Positions 1 through 11,540 of a stretch of DNA of 64,000 nucleotides are shown piece after piece; position 1 is the stretch's first letter, and each line of letters opens with the position of its first letter. The position numbers were made by a program, and so were the translations under genes. The notes below the pieces were generated by a model, which was not told where the DNA came from, ran no database searches, and saw only the letters and a list, made by a program, of their open reading frames with translations. This DNA is from Chloroflexota bacterium (GTDB taxonomy: Bacteria; Chloroflexota; Dehalococcoidia; Lucifugimonadales; Australimonadaceae): contig JADFQE010000001.1 of NCBI GenBank assembly GCA_022561985.1, forward strand, positions 3,344 to 67,343, given 5' to 3'.

Positions 1-23
1 AATAGAAGAAAGGACGGCACGGA

Positions 24-752
24 ATGGCCGAAAGCAACACTCAAGAGAGGCAGCTGAGCTCCTCAGGGGCTCCTCAGCAGCTCACCGCTCCGTATGTTCC
101 CTTCAAGACCTTCCTCACAGCGATCGAGGTTTTGGAGCAGGGGCTGCCGCCTCGACTCGACCGGTCAGTATGGCCCACGCTTGCTGGCACCACCCAAGGA
201 GCGCTCTTGGTCGCATTCCGCTTCCTTGGGCTCGTCCGATCCGACGGAGCTGTGACCGGGGAGCTATCGGAGTTGGTAGCGGCGAAGGAAGCGGGGAGGA
301 AGCCTGTGCTCGCCACGATACTGGTGCGCAGCTATTCTGCGTTGCAGCCATTGGCTGAGCAGACCGCCTCGTTCCAGATGCTTCAGAACTCCATGCGCGA
401 GCATGGCGGCGTCCAAGGAGGGACGCTCGACAAGGCGATCAGATTCTACCTTGAGGCAAGCTTGTTCACCGGCCTCAAGCAGTCCCCTTTGTGGGAAAAG
501 GCACGCAAGACTAGCGGCAGCGGCCAACGCCGGCAGCGAACTCGACGGGACGCGAACCCCGCGTCCCCAACCCCCACCTCGCCAAGCGGGGGCTCGACGA
601 AGACCGTCAAACTTCGGAGCGGTGGCTCGGTGACTCTCAGCATAACCGTGGATGCAATCTCGATGTCGACGGGGGATCGCGATTGGGTGTTCGGGCTTGT
701 TGACACCCTGAACGCCTACGAACAGCAGGACGAATTGCCGCTAGAGACATAG
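24..752 (+). CDS. hypothetical protein; N-terminal half resembles DUF5343-type proteins (tentative)
   Basis: 242-aa ORF with ATG at 24 and GAAAGGA upstream. Balanced composition, a Ser/Thr/Pro/Arg-rich linker, then a small C-terminal domain. The family call rests only on a remembered motif (APYVPFxTF...GLPxxLDRS). Confidence 0.55.
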   Translation: MAESNTQERQLSSSGAPQQLTAPYVPFKTFLTAIEVLEQGLPPRLDRSVWPTLAGTTQGALLVAFRFLGLVRSDGAVTGELSELVAAKEAGRKPVLATILVRSYSALQPLAEQTASFQMLQNSMREHGGVQGGTLDKAIRFYLEASLFTGLKQSPLWEKARKTSGSGQRRQRTRRDANPASPTPTSPSGGSTKTVKLRSGGSVTLSITVDAISMSTGDRDWVFGLVDTLNAYEQQDELPLET

Positions 753-774
753 CCCCCGGTGGCCCACGAAAAAA

Positions 775-812
775 GGGTGACGTGCCTTGCTTGGAAGGCC
801 GACACGTCACCC
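775..812 (-). terminator. terminator-like hairpin (perfect 10-bp stem GGGTGACGTG/CACGTCACCC, 18-nt loop)
   Basis: A perfect inverted repeat starts 23 nt after the stop of the 24..752 ORF. The A6 run at 769-774 becomes a U-tract only when read on the minus strand, so it may act bidirectionally. Confidence 0.35.
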
Positions 813-980
813 AGCGCAATCAGACCCCCCAGTGAAGGAGAAGCCTTTTGCAGTCTCATCTTCCGCCCATCCGAGGGCCGCCGTCAAGCCAAGGATTTCC
901 GTTATGCCTGGCCGATATCACAAAAAAGCGGAGACGCAGGTGTTTGTGGCACCCACGTCCCCTAAGCCAACCAGGAAGGT

Positions 981-2021
981 TTGGTCTTCCCAATGGCCTC
1001 CATCAATGCTACCGCTGACGCGGCAGCCGTTCAAACGCCCCCTGTCGTCGCGGACCTCACGGCCGTGTTCGCGGCGCTGGAGGACGGAGAACTGCTCGCC
1101 GCACTCGCTGGCCCCCGCCGTCGCGGCCCCAAGGGGCATCCGCTCCGGGCGCTGTGGCGGTGCTTCGTCGCCAAGCACCGTCTCGGTCTGCACTCGACCG
1201 ACGCGATGATTCGGGCGCTCCACGACAATCCCTATCTGGCCGCCGTCTGCGGCATCGACTCGCCCGAGGCCATCCCGCACAAGAGCACGTTCAGCCGGTT
1301 CTTCGCCAAGCTCGCGCGAGATCGGATGAGCTTGAGCATGGTCAAGGACGTGTCCCGCCGTCTGGTGCGCCACCACTACGAGACGCTGCCGGGCTTCGGA
1401 GAACGCGTGGCGCTGGACTCCACGACGCTCAAAGGATGGGCGAACGGGGGGAAGGGGAAGAAGGTGGACCCGGACGCTGGCTGGTCGGTCAAGCGGGGTA
1501 CTCAGGGAGTCAAGGAGTACGTGTTCGGCTACAAGCTCCACCTACTCGTGGACTGCGAGTACGAACTGCCCATCGCGGCCCACGTCTCCGCTGGGAACGT
1601 CAACGATTCCGTGCGTGCCTCCAATGTGCTGTCCGAGGCGCGGGTCGCCGCGCCGGGCTTCCACCCGCGCGCGCTCATGGCGGACGCGGGATATTCCGGA
1701 GCCGCGTTCCAGGTGCTGCTCACACGCCAGTACGACATCCGCCGCCCGGTGATCGACATCAACAAATCCCACCGGCGCCTGCTGGAGCGCCTAGAAGGCT
1801 GGTACGGCTCGCCGGAGTGGAAGGCGCTGTACTCGCAGCGCCAGGCTGTCGAGCGGGCGTTCTCACGGCTCAAGGGCCAGCGGTCGCTGAATCACATCAC
1901 CGTGCGGCGCAGGCGCAAGGTCACGGTACACTGCTACCTGTCGCTGATCGCAATGCAGGCAGGCGCAACCCGAATCGGTGCCAATCTTGCGGGGGCCATG
2001 GTACACTCCGTCGAGGCTTGA
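981..2021 (+). mobile_element. IS4/IS5-superfamily insertion sequence, DDE transposase ORF (element ends not resolved)
   Basis: 346-aa ORF. The N-terminal block HPLRALWRCFVAKHRLGLHSTDAMIRAL resembles the transposase DUF772 domain. DDE_Tnp_1-like blocks are present: VALDSTTL, LMADAGYSG, YSQRQAVERAFSRLK. TTG at 981, alternative ATG at 993. I could not find convincing terminal inverted repeats. Confidence 0.8.
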
Positions 2022-2062
2022 CAAACGTTTGGCAACCAAATGGATGTGCGGAGCCTCCCCTC

Positions 2063-2392
2063 ATGGCTGATTCCAGAGACATTATCCTCCGATGCTACGC
2101 GTACCGGGCGGGTTCCACTTTTAGAGGCGAGTGCATAGACCTTGACCTTCTGGTCGAGCGCGACTCGCTCCCCGATGTGGTGCGCGCCCTCTCGGAGGCA
2201 GTCGTCGGCTATGTAGACACGGCTAACGAGCAGGGTTGGGTGGATCAACTGATCCCTCGCCCCTCGCCAGTCTCACGTCGGCTGAAGTATCACTGGTTGA
2301 CGTTTCCACCTCGATTTAGACGGTTCCTCGGTGGGTTGGTAGAGACCGACCACATCGTCAGTCTCAGCGACGGCCACGCGAGCGTTGCCTAG
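2063..2392 (+). CDS. hicB: HicB-like antitoxin (tentative)
   Basis: 109-aa ORF (MADSRDIILRCYAYRAGSTFRGECIDLDLLVERDSLPDVVRALSEAVVGY...). Its size and 8-nt overlap with the downstream HicA-type ORF fit a toxin-antitoxin pair. The region is visibly lower in GC than its flanks. Confidence 0.5.
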   Translation: MADSRDIILRCYAYRAGSTFRGECIDLDLLVERDSLPDVVRALSEAVVGYVDTANEQGWVDQLIPRPSPVSRRLKYHWLTFPPRFRRFLGGLVETDHIVSLSDGHASVA

Positions 2393-2642
2393 GAAGTACC
2401 CCACCCTCAGCCTCCAAGAAGTGCGCGCCATCCTCACGGCGCGCACTTTTGTTTTGGGCAACACAGCAGGCAGTCATGAGCAATGGGCAGGGCGGTGGAA
2501 TGGGGAACCACGGATCGTGACCGTCGATGCTCACCACAAAGACTTCAGCGTCGAAATACTCAAGTACATGATCCGACAATCTGGCATGACAAGAGAGCAG
2601 TTCTACGAATCGACTCCGCGCACAGCTCGGAAGATCGCCTAA
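2385..2642 (+). CDS. hicA: HicA-family mRNA interferase toxin
   Basis: 85 aa. The pattern SLQEVRAILTARTFVLGNTAGSHEQW...RIVTVDAHHKDFSVEILKYMIRQSGMTREQF matches the HicA/YcfA layout (GSH ... vtvp.H ... l..i.kq.g....eF). Confidence 0.65.
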   Translation: MPRKYPTLSLQEVRAILTARTFVLGNTAGSHEQWAGRWNGEPRIVTVDAHHKDFSVEILKYMIRQSGMTREQFYESTPRTARKIA

Positions 2643-2678
2643 CGCCAGCTAGCCTCTGGAAATGTGCAACACGCTCGA

Positions 2679-2707
2679 TTGCGGGCGGGCGCGCCGCGCA
2701 CTAGACT
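2679..2707 (+). promoter_or_regulatory. sigma70-like promoter TTGCGG-17 nt-TAGACT
   Basis: The hexamers have exact 17-nt spacing, upstream of SD GGAGG and ATG 2738. Confidence 0.45.
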
Positions 2708-2737
2708 GGCATGCATCCTGCGTACAGGAGGGGCAGC

Positions 2738-3202
2738 ATGGCCGCCATCAACCGCGTTGGGCACGTCGTTCTCTACGTCTCGGACGTCGGGGCCGCCGTG
2801 GACTTCTATCGGGACGCTCTTGGCATGGAGACGGTCCGCTACGACGATGAGCGGGGCATGGCCTTCATGTCCTTCGGCGCTCAGCACCACGACATCGGTC
2901 TGTTCAGGGTCCGCGGCGAGGCGACGCGCGGCAGCCTCGGCCTGGCCCACGTCGCGCTCGTCATCGACGGCGGCCTGAAGGAGCTCGAGGAGCTGCACGG
3001 GCGCCTCGTGAGCTGCGGCGCGAAGATCAAGAGCCTCACCGACCACGGCATGACCAAGAGCGTCTACTTCGAGGACCCCGACGGCAACCGTCTGGAGATC
3101 TACTGCGACACCATGAGCCAGGAGGAGGGCAAGCGCTTCCTGGGCAGCCGGCCCGGCCGTGGCGGCGAGTTCACCTTCGAGAAGGCCGGGGCCACGGGCT
3201 AG
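2738..3202 (+). CDS. VOC (glyoxalase/bleomycin-resistance/extradiol dioxygenase) family protein
   Basis: MAAINRVGHVVLYVSDVGAAVDFYRDALGME...SVYFEDPDGNRLEIY is a typical VOC fold signature. ATG 2738 has GGAGG 7 nt upstream. The track ORF begins at 2711. Confidence 0.8.
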   Translation: MAAINRVGHVVLYVSDVGAAVDFYRDALGMETVRYDDERGMAFMSFGAQHHDIGLFRVRGEATRGSLGLAHVALVIDGGLKELEELHGRLVSCGAKIKSLTDHGMTKSVYFEDPDGNRLEIYCDTMSQEEGKRFLGSRPGRGGEFTFEKAGATG

Positions 3203-4038
3203 CGCCTCGCCTCGCCCCGCATCGCTTGCGCGCCAGACGGACGCGCCCCGTTCGTCTTGGCGGGATCGTTCCACCCGCTGCGAGCAGGCAGCGATGCGCT
3301 GGAGGCCGATAACCCGTCGAGCTTGAGCGCGGTCTGACGATCTGGAACGGGTTGCCCCGATGGCGGAATAGTCCCTCACGTCCGCGGGACCGGCCGGATA
3401 CCGCCATATGCGATGGGAACTCCTTCTCCGGGGGCGTGAACCCCCATAACGCAGTCATGGGCCGCAGACGCAACCCTCGCGTCGGGGGCCGATATCTCAG
3501 GTCGGCTCCCCCCGGTCGTGGTGTCGATAACACCGGGATCGGGCGCGCCCGACCCCACGTTGCTGTTTCAGCAGTGGAATGCCATTGCGGCGGTGGAAAT
3601 CGGAGGTTGACACTCCGTCCGCCGTGCCGTTAGGGTTACGCGACTTTGCTGGCCCGGGTGCTTGGTACCAGCGTCCGGTGAGCAGGAGCCATCCTGTTTT
3701 CCGGGTCTACCGGCCCCGGTGTCCATCCTCCCCTTCGTGTCTCCACACGAGCCGATCTATGCCCGCCGCACGGTGATCGAACACGATGATTCATGTCTTT
3801 CGTCGAACCGCCGTCCGCGAAACCCGCTGTGAGATGCAGGGGGCGCTTTGCCCGTAGACGCAGGTGCGCAGGTGCGAGGCCCCTGGCCCGGTCCCCTGGC
3901 CTGGCCGAGAGATGTATCCGGACGACGTCCGGCTGAGGCGACACCCCGGTTCTCGGGAACGAGGAGCGCCGGTCCCCACGAGGAGACGGGCGGAGGGAGC
4001 GCGCCGGTGAAACACGGAATGACTCGGGAGGGCACTCG

Positions 4039-5559
4039 ATGCGACTGAGCAACGGCTCCGTGCGGCTTCTGATGATGATCGCCCTGGTGGCGGTGATGGG
4101 CGCGCTGATCGCGGCGTGCGGTGAGGACGAGGAGGAGGGGTCGAGCCGCACGCTGCGGATCGGCATGCTGGCCGACTACGACACGCTGGACCCGCCGAAG
4201 CTGCTGGGGTTGCCCGGCACCATCACGGTCGAGGCCACCTACGACGTGCTGGTCATGCGCAACCCGGACCTGACGCTTCAGCCGATGCTGGCGACGAGCT
4301 GGGAGGCCAACGACGACGCGTCGGAGTGGACCTTCAAGCTCCGCGAGGGCGTGAGATTCGCCCACGGCAAGGAGTTCACCGCCGAGGACGTGATCTACAC
4401 GTTCAACCGGATGTTCGAGGTCGAGTCGGCCCTCGCGAGCGTGATGGCGAAGCCGACGGCCATCGTCGCGGTGGACGACTACACGGTGCGGTTCGAGTTC
4501 GGCACCCCCAACGCCGTCCTGCTTGAATCCATCGTCAAGTACCACGCGCACATCACTCCCTCCGACGTGGACCCGGCGAGGTTCGCCCTCGAGACCTTCG
4601 GGACGGGCCCCTTCCGGATGACCGAGCTCGTGATCGGCGAGCGCGCGGTGTTCGAGAGGAACGAGGACTACTGGTGGGAGGGCCACCCCCTCGTCGACAA
4701 GATGGAGTACATCTTCCTGACGAGCCCCGAGGCCCGGGCCGAGGCGCTCAAGGCCGGCACCATCGACGTTGTCTTCGACCTTGAGATCTCCAGCATCCAG
4801 ACGATCGAGGACCACCCGGACACCAAGGTGATCGTCGCGCCCAGCGGGAGCTACATGGCCCTCGCCATGGACGTGCGCGAGGCACCGTTCGACGACATCT
4901 TGGTGCGGAAGGCCATGCAGGCCGCCACCGACCGGGAGGCGATCTTGCAGGGCGCGCAGTTCGGCCGGGGCGACATCGCCTACGACCACCCGATCCCGCC
5001 CACCGCCACCGTCTTCAACGACGCGTGTCTGCCCCCGGGCTACGACCCGGAGCTGGCCAAGAGCTTGCTCACGCGGGCTGGATACCCGGAGGGGCTTGAT
5101 GTGACCCTCTACACCTCCACGGCCGGAGCGGCCATGGTGGAGATGGCCACGGTCTTCAAGGAGAGGGCGGCCCCGGCCGGCATCAACGTCGAGATCGTGG
5201 TCGTGTCCGAGGACAACTACTGGGCGGACACGTGGATGAAGAAGCCCTTCACCACGGTCTGGTGGGGCGGACGTCCTCCCTACGAGGGGATCAGTGTGGT
5301 CTACGTGACCGGCGCGGCGTGGGGAGAGTCGTTCTACTCCAATGCGCGGGTGGATGAGCTGCTGGAGATCGCGTTTGGCCAGGGCGACCTTGAGGACCAG
5401 AAGGAGACCTTCGGCGAGCTCCAGTGCATCATCGTCGACGAGGTCCCGCGCATCATCCCCGTATTCCGGCCCGTGTCCCTGGGCCTGCGCAACGACGTGC
5501 AGGGGATGGACCCCATGTGGGACGGGACGATGACCGTCCACCGCGTCTACTTCGAGTAA
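4039..5559 (+). CDS. ABC transporter substrate-binding lipoprotein, peptide/nickel family 5 (DppA/OppA-like)
   Basis: 506 aa. The signal peptide has a lipobox (LIAAC). The protein is family-5 SBP-like throughout. It is the first gene of a four-gene ABC operon. Confidence 0.9.
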   Translation: MRLSNGSVRLLMMIALVAVMGALIAACGEDEEEGSSRTLRIGMLADYDTLDPPKLLGLPGTITVEATYDVLVMRNPDLTLQPMLATSWEANDDASEWTFKLREGVRFAHGKEFTAEDVIYTFNRMFEVESALASVMAKPTAIVAVDDYTVRFEFGTPNAVLLESIVKYHAHITPSDVDPARFALETFGTGPFRMTELVIGERAVFERNEDYWWEGHPLVDKMEYIFLTSPEARAEALKAGTIDVVFDLEISSIQTIEDHPDTKVIVAPSGSYMALAMDVREAPFDDILVRKAMQAATDREAILQGAQFGRGDIAYDHPIPPTATVFNDACLPPGYDPELAKSLLTRAGYPEGLDVTLYTSTAGAAMVEMATVFKERAAPAGINVEIVVVSEDNYWADTWMKKPFTTVWWGGRPPYEGISVVYVTGAAWGESFYSNARVDELLEIAFGQGDLEDQKETFGELQCIIVDEVPRIIPVFRPVSLGLRNDVQGMDPMWDGTMTVHRVYFE

Positions 5560-5693
5560 CGGGGGGTTCCGTGGACCGGATCGCAGTGAGCGAGAGGAGC
5601 CGAGGGGGTGCAGGAGACGGCCGCAGCGGCCGGCCCCTGCACCCTCCGGACCGCTGACGTGGAAAGAAGCGCTCCACCGGTGACAGGTGATCG

Positions 5694-6638
5694 ATGCTGC
5701 GCTTCCTGATCGCGCGCCTGAGCATGATCGGCGTGACCCTGCTGGTGGTCTCCGGCGTCATCTTCGTGGTGACCGAGATCCTGCCGGGCGACGTCGCGCA
5801 GATGATGCTCAAGCAGGAGGCGACCGAGGAGCGGCTCGCCGCCCTTCGCGCCGAGCTCGGCCTGGACCGTCCCGCCCATGTCCGGTATCTGGACTGGATC
5901 GGCGGCGTCGTCCGAGGGGACTTCGGCGACTCCTACGTTCAGAAGCAGCCGATCAGCGAGATCCTCCCTCGCAGGATCGGACACTCGCTCGTCCTGGCCC
6001 TCTTCGCCCTCGCACTCGGCGTGCCTGTCGCCGTGGCCGCGGGCGTCTGGGCGGGCGTGCGTCCCGATACGCTGTGGGACCGGGTCGTGAGCACCGTCGG
6101 GCTGGTGGGCATCTCGCTCCCCGAGTTCGTGACGGGCGTGCTGCTCATGCTCGTCCTGGCATCGACGCTGCACTGGCTGCCGCCCTCGAGCCACATCATC
6201 TCCGGCTCGACGCCGTTGACGCGCCCGGAGATCCTCGTGATGCCCGCGCTCACCCTCACGGGCGTGCTGTTCGCCTACATCATGCGCATGACGCGGGCCA
6301 ACGTCATGGAGGTGATGCAGACCCCGTATGTGCGCACGGCGGTGCTCAAGGGGCTGCCCATGCGGCAGGTCATCCTCCGTCACGTGCTGCCCAACGCCAT
6401 GCTCCCGACCATCACCATCATCGCCACCAACTTCGGGTGGATGCTCGGCGGGCTCATCATCGTCGAGAACGTCTTCTCCTACCCGGGGCTGGGGCAGCTG
6501 CTGCTGCGGTCGATCCAGACGCGCGACGTCCCCCTGCTGGAGGCGCTGTCGCTGCTCATCGCCGCGACCTACGCTCTGAGCAACCTCCTGGCCGACCTTG
6601 CGTACACGGCGCTCAACCCGCGGATCAGGTACGCCTGA
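5694..6638 (+). CDS. ABC transporter permease (DppB/OppB-like)
   Basis: 314 aa. MLRFLIARL N-terminus with multiple TM segments and an EAA-like loop. Its stop overlaps the next start (ATGA). Confidence 0.9.
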   Translation: MLRFLIARLSMIGVTLLVVSGVIFVVTEILPGDVAQMMLKQEATEERLAALRAELGLDRPAHVRYLDWIGGVVRGDFGDSYVQKQPISEILPRRIGHSLVLALFALALGVPVAVAAGVWAGVRPDTLWDRVVSTVGLVGISLPEFVTGVLLMLVLASTLHWLPPSSHIISGSTPLTRPEILVMPALTLTGVLFAYIMRMTRANVMEVMQTPYVRTAVLKGLPMRQVILRHVLPNAMLPTITIIATNFGWMLGGLIIVENVFSYPGLGQLLLRSIQTRDVPLLEALSLLIAATYALSNLLADLAYTALNPRIRYA

Positions 6639-7602
6639 TGGCTGCTACCGTCGTCGTCAGGGATCCCTGGACGGACCTGCTGCGGCGGGTCGCGCGGGCG
6701 CTGGCCCTGCCAGCACAGCGCATCGCGAGTGCCCTCCGCCTGGTGCTGCGGACGCCGTCGGGCCGCATCGGGCTGCCCATCCTTCTGATGCACCTCATCC
6801 TGGCGACCGTCGGACCGTGGCTCGCGCCGTACTCCGCGACGGAGTTCCAAGAACCCCTTGCGGAGTACCAGCTCCAACCGCCCTCCTGGCAGTTCTGGAT
6901 GGGCACGGACCAGTTCGGGCGGGACATCCTGAGCCGGGTCATGTCGGGGGCGACGTCCCTGATCGCGGTGTCCGTGTCCGGCGCGGCCCTGGGCATCGCG
7001 CTGGGGACGGCGATCGGCATGAGCAGCGGGTATCGGGGCGGCAGGATCGACGAGTTCGTCATGCGCGTGATGGACGGGCTCATGTCGTTCCCGTCGCTGC
7101 TGCTGGCGCTCCTCGTCATGTCGATGCTGGCGAACCGGCCGGCCCCCCTCGAGATCCTGCAGTCGAACTGGCAGAACATACTCATCGTCGTCACGATCGG
7201 GGTGGTCACCCTGCCACGGGTGGCTCGCGTCATCCGCAGCGTGACGCTCTCGCTCAAGACCTTGGAGTTCGTCCAGAGCGCGCGGCTTCGGGGCGAGCGT
7301 GCCCCGTACATCATCTTCCGCGAGATACTGCCGAACACCCTCCCCGTCCTCGGCGTGGAGGCGTCCGTGCGGCTCAGCTACGCCATCCTCACCATCTCCT
7401 CCCTGGGATTCTTGGGATTGGGCGTCCAGCCCCCATCTCCCGACTGGGGCCTGATGCTTGCTCAGAGCCGGCAGTTCCTCGGTTCGGCCCCCTGGGTGGC
7501 GCTGGGGCCTGCCGCCGCCATCGCGTCGCTGGTGGTCGGGGTCAACCTGGTCGCCGACGGCGTCAAGCAGGCGAGCGGCCTGCCGCGGGAGAAGGCGGCG
7601 AC

Positions 7603-7606
<4 letters not shown>
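6638..7606 (+). CDS. ABC transporter permease (DppC/OppC-like)
   Basis: ATG at 6638 overlaps the upstream TGA. Motifs WMGTDQFGRDILSRV and LPNTLPVLGVEAS are typical of DppC-type permeases. Confidence 0.9.
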
Positions 7607-9684
<2,078 letters not shown>

Positions 9685-9702
9685 CATGCCGGGAGCCACC
9701 GC

Positions 9703-10617
9703 ATGCGGGTCCTGATCGCCGGCGCGACCGGCTACATCGGCCGGGCGCTGACGCGCTCGCTCACCGCGGCGGGCCACGAGGTCGTCGGTCTGTCGCGATA
9801 CCCCCTCGGCGCCGCGCACACCGTCCCGGAGCTCGTCGCGGCCCACGGCTGGGCGCCGACGGAGGCGGAGCCGCCGGAGGAGGCGTGGGCCGGCATCGAG
9901 GGCGTCGTGAACCTCGTCGGCGAGCCCATCGCCGGCCGGTGGACCGACGCCAAGAAGCGCGAGATCTACGACACGCGCATCCAGGCGACGCGCAACCTCG
10001 TCGACGGCATACGCCAGCTCACGCACCGTCCCGCCGTGCTCGTGAACGCCAGCGCCATCGGCTACTACGGGGACCGTGGCGAGGCCGAGCTGGCCGAGTC
10101 CGACCCGCCGGGCGAGGGGTTCCTCCCCGGCCTGGTCCGGGACTGGGAGGCCGCGGCGGCCTCCGCCGAGCCGCTGGGGGTGCGCGTCGTCCGCCTCCGG
10201 GTGGGCTTCCTGATCGGGCGGGACGCCCCGTTCCTGAAGCCGCAGATGCCTCTGTTCAGGCTCGGACTCGGTGGCCCGCTGGGCTCCGGGAACCAGTGGT
10301 GGCCGTGGGTCCACCTCGACGACGTCCTCGGGCTCTACCGCCGCGCCCTGGAGGACGGCGGCATGAGCGGTCCGGTGAACGCGACCGCGCCCACCCCGGT
10401 GCGCCAGCGCGACTTCGCCAGGGCGGTCGGCCGCATCGTGGGGCGCCCCGCGCTGCTGCCCGCCCCGCGTTTCGCGCTCCGGCTCGTGCTCGGTGGGTTC
10501 GCGGCCGAGGTGCTCGATTCCAGGCGCGTCCTGTCCCGCGCCGCGGAGGCCGCCGGCTATGAGTTCGCGTACACGGAGCTCGAGCCGGCGCTGCGCGAAG
10601 CGCTGGGCGGCCCGTAG
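9703..10617 (+). CDS. TIGR01777/YfcH-type SDR epimerase-family protein (DUF1731 C-terminus)
   Basis: MRVLIAGATGYIGRAL Rossmann start and WVHLDDV motif. 304 aa. Confidence 0.85.
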   Translation: MRVLIAGATGYIGRALTRSLTAAGHEVVGLSRYPLGAAHTVPELVAAHGWAPTEAEPPEEAWAGIEGVVNLVGEPIAGRWTDAKKREIYDTRIQATRNLVDGIRQLTHRPAVLVNASAIGYYGDRGEAELAESDPPGEGFLPGLVRDWEAAAASAEPLGVRVVRLRVGFLIGRDAPFLKPQMPLFRLGLGGPLGSGNQWWPWVHLDDVLGLYRRALEDGGMSGPVNATAPTPVRQRDFARAVGRIVGRPALLPAPRFALRLVLGGFAAEVLDSRRVLSRAAEAAGYEFAYTELEPALREALGGP

Positions 10618-10713
10618 GCGCGCGCCCGCCTGACGCGACCGCCTGACGCGACCGACGGGTGCCGGTGCTATCATGCGTACGTGGCTGGAGCCCCATCTCC
10701 AGCCACGTTGCGT

Positions 10714-10789
10714 GGGCCTGTGGCGCAGCTGGGAGCGCGCCTCAATGGCATTGAGGAGGCCGAGGGTTCGAATCCCTCCAGGTCCACCA
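10714..10789 (+). tRNA. tRNA-Ala (anticodon GGC), CCA encoded
   Basis: Manual cloverleaf. Acceptor GGGCCTG/CAGGTCC includes the G3:U70 Ala identity pair. Anticodon loop ATGGCAT, T-arm GAGGG-TTCGAAT-CCCTC. An extended -10 box (TGCTATCAT) lies at 10666-10674. Confidence 0.9.
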
Positions 10790-10790
10790 G

Positions 10791-10814
10791 CAGGGCACAG
10801 CGCCGCACCCACTC
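10791..10814 (-). repeat. REP-like palindromic element, inverted orientation
   Basis: CAGGGCACAGCGCCGCACCCACTC starts 1 nt after the tRNA-Ala CCA end. It is the reverse complement of the GAGTGGGTSCAGGGCTGTGCCCTG family. Confidence 0.6.
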
Positions 10815-10949
10815 GGCAGGGCGCGGCCCATGGTATCGACGAACGCTCATGGGCGCTGGCCGGCCCGCTATGAACGACAGAGGTGCGCCCTTGTCAGCGA
10901 CGCTACCCCATGTGGGTCAAGGGCAGTGCCCTTGCGAGGTACCCGACGC

Positions 10950-11507
10950 ATGAGCCCACTCCCTGACTGGTACCGGGACTTCGTCGCGGCGGTCGTCGCC
11001 CACCTTCCGAGCGAGATCGACGAGGCGGCAGCCCGGCGGTGGATCAACGACCCCGGCGGCCTCGATGACGTGCTCGGCGCCCTGGCTGGCTCCGGCGGCG
11101 GGTCGCAGATAGCGGGCACCTTTGAGCACGATAAGACGAAGGACGGCTGGGTGCTCGTCGGGGACGTGACCGAGCCTTCGACCATCGCGGGCGACGTTAT
11201 CGAGATCACGCCGTTCAAGGCAGAGGGCGAAGAGGACCTCTTCGGGGACGAGGTGGTGGAGCGCGTGCTGGCGCTCGAGGGGGTGCTGGGACAGCGCCAC
11301 GCCGAGTTCCTGCTGGCCCATCCCGGCGAGATACCGGAGGAGTTCCAGCGGTACTCGCTGATCTTCCCCGGCACGATCTGGCGCAGCCCGGAGGGCAACC
11401 ACCAGGTGCCCTGCGCGAACTGGCGGCAGGGGGCTTGGGAGCTGACCTTCGGGATCGTCGAGGGCGGCTTCGACGCCGGCGACCGTCTGGTCCGGCTGCG
11501 CGCTTAG
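10950..11507 (+). CDS. hypothetical protein
   Basis: 185 aa from MSPLPDWYRDF, with an acidic, protein-like composition. No family recognised. The start was chosen at the first ATG after the junk-like N-terminal part of the track ORF. Confidence 0.5.
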   Translation: MSPLPDWYRDFVAAVVAHLPSEIDEAAARRWINDPGGLDDVLGALAGSGGGSQIAGTFEHDKTKDGWVLVGDVTEPSTIAGDVIEITPFKAEGEEDLFGDEVVERVLALEGVLGQRHAEFLLAHPGEIPEEFQRYSLIFPGTIWRSPEGNHQVPCANWRQGAWELTFGIVEGGFDAGDRLVRLRA

Positions 11508-11540
11508 GCGCCCAAGACTGCGCGCTAAGGCGCGCGGGCG

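Noticed and set aside
813-2060. Terminal inverted repeats and target-site duplication of the IS.
   Set aside because: There are only weak similarities, such as GTGTTTGTGGCA on the left against the reverse complement of TGACAAACGTT on the right, and a direct GCCAACCA motif at both ends. This is not convincing by eye, so the element boundaries are left open.
3203-4038. Cobalamin or NiCo riboswitch in front of the peptide/nickel ABC operon.
   Set aside because: I could not find the B12 box (GCCACTG) or the conserved GGGAAG / GGTGAAAATCC core in the correct arrangement. CGGTGGAAATCGGAG is only a weak look-alike. The region is reported as an unexplained structured region.
10628-10706. A perfect 13-bp tandem (GCCTGACGCGACC x2, 10628-10653) and a perfect 10-bp-stem hairpin (GTGGCTGGAG-CCCCAT-CTCCAGCCAC, 10681-10706) upstream of tRNA-Ala, considered as a regulatory device.
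   Set aside because: Both are real in the sequence but small. The hairpin lies in the presumed pre-tRNA leader and the tandem sits just after the upstream stop. There is no basis for a specific function, so neither is promoted to a finding.
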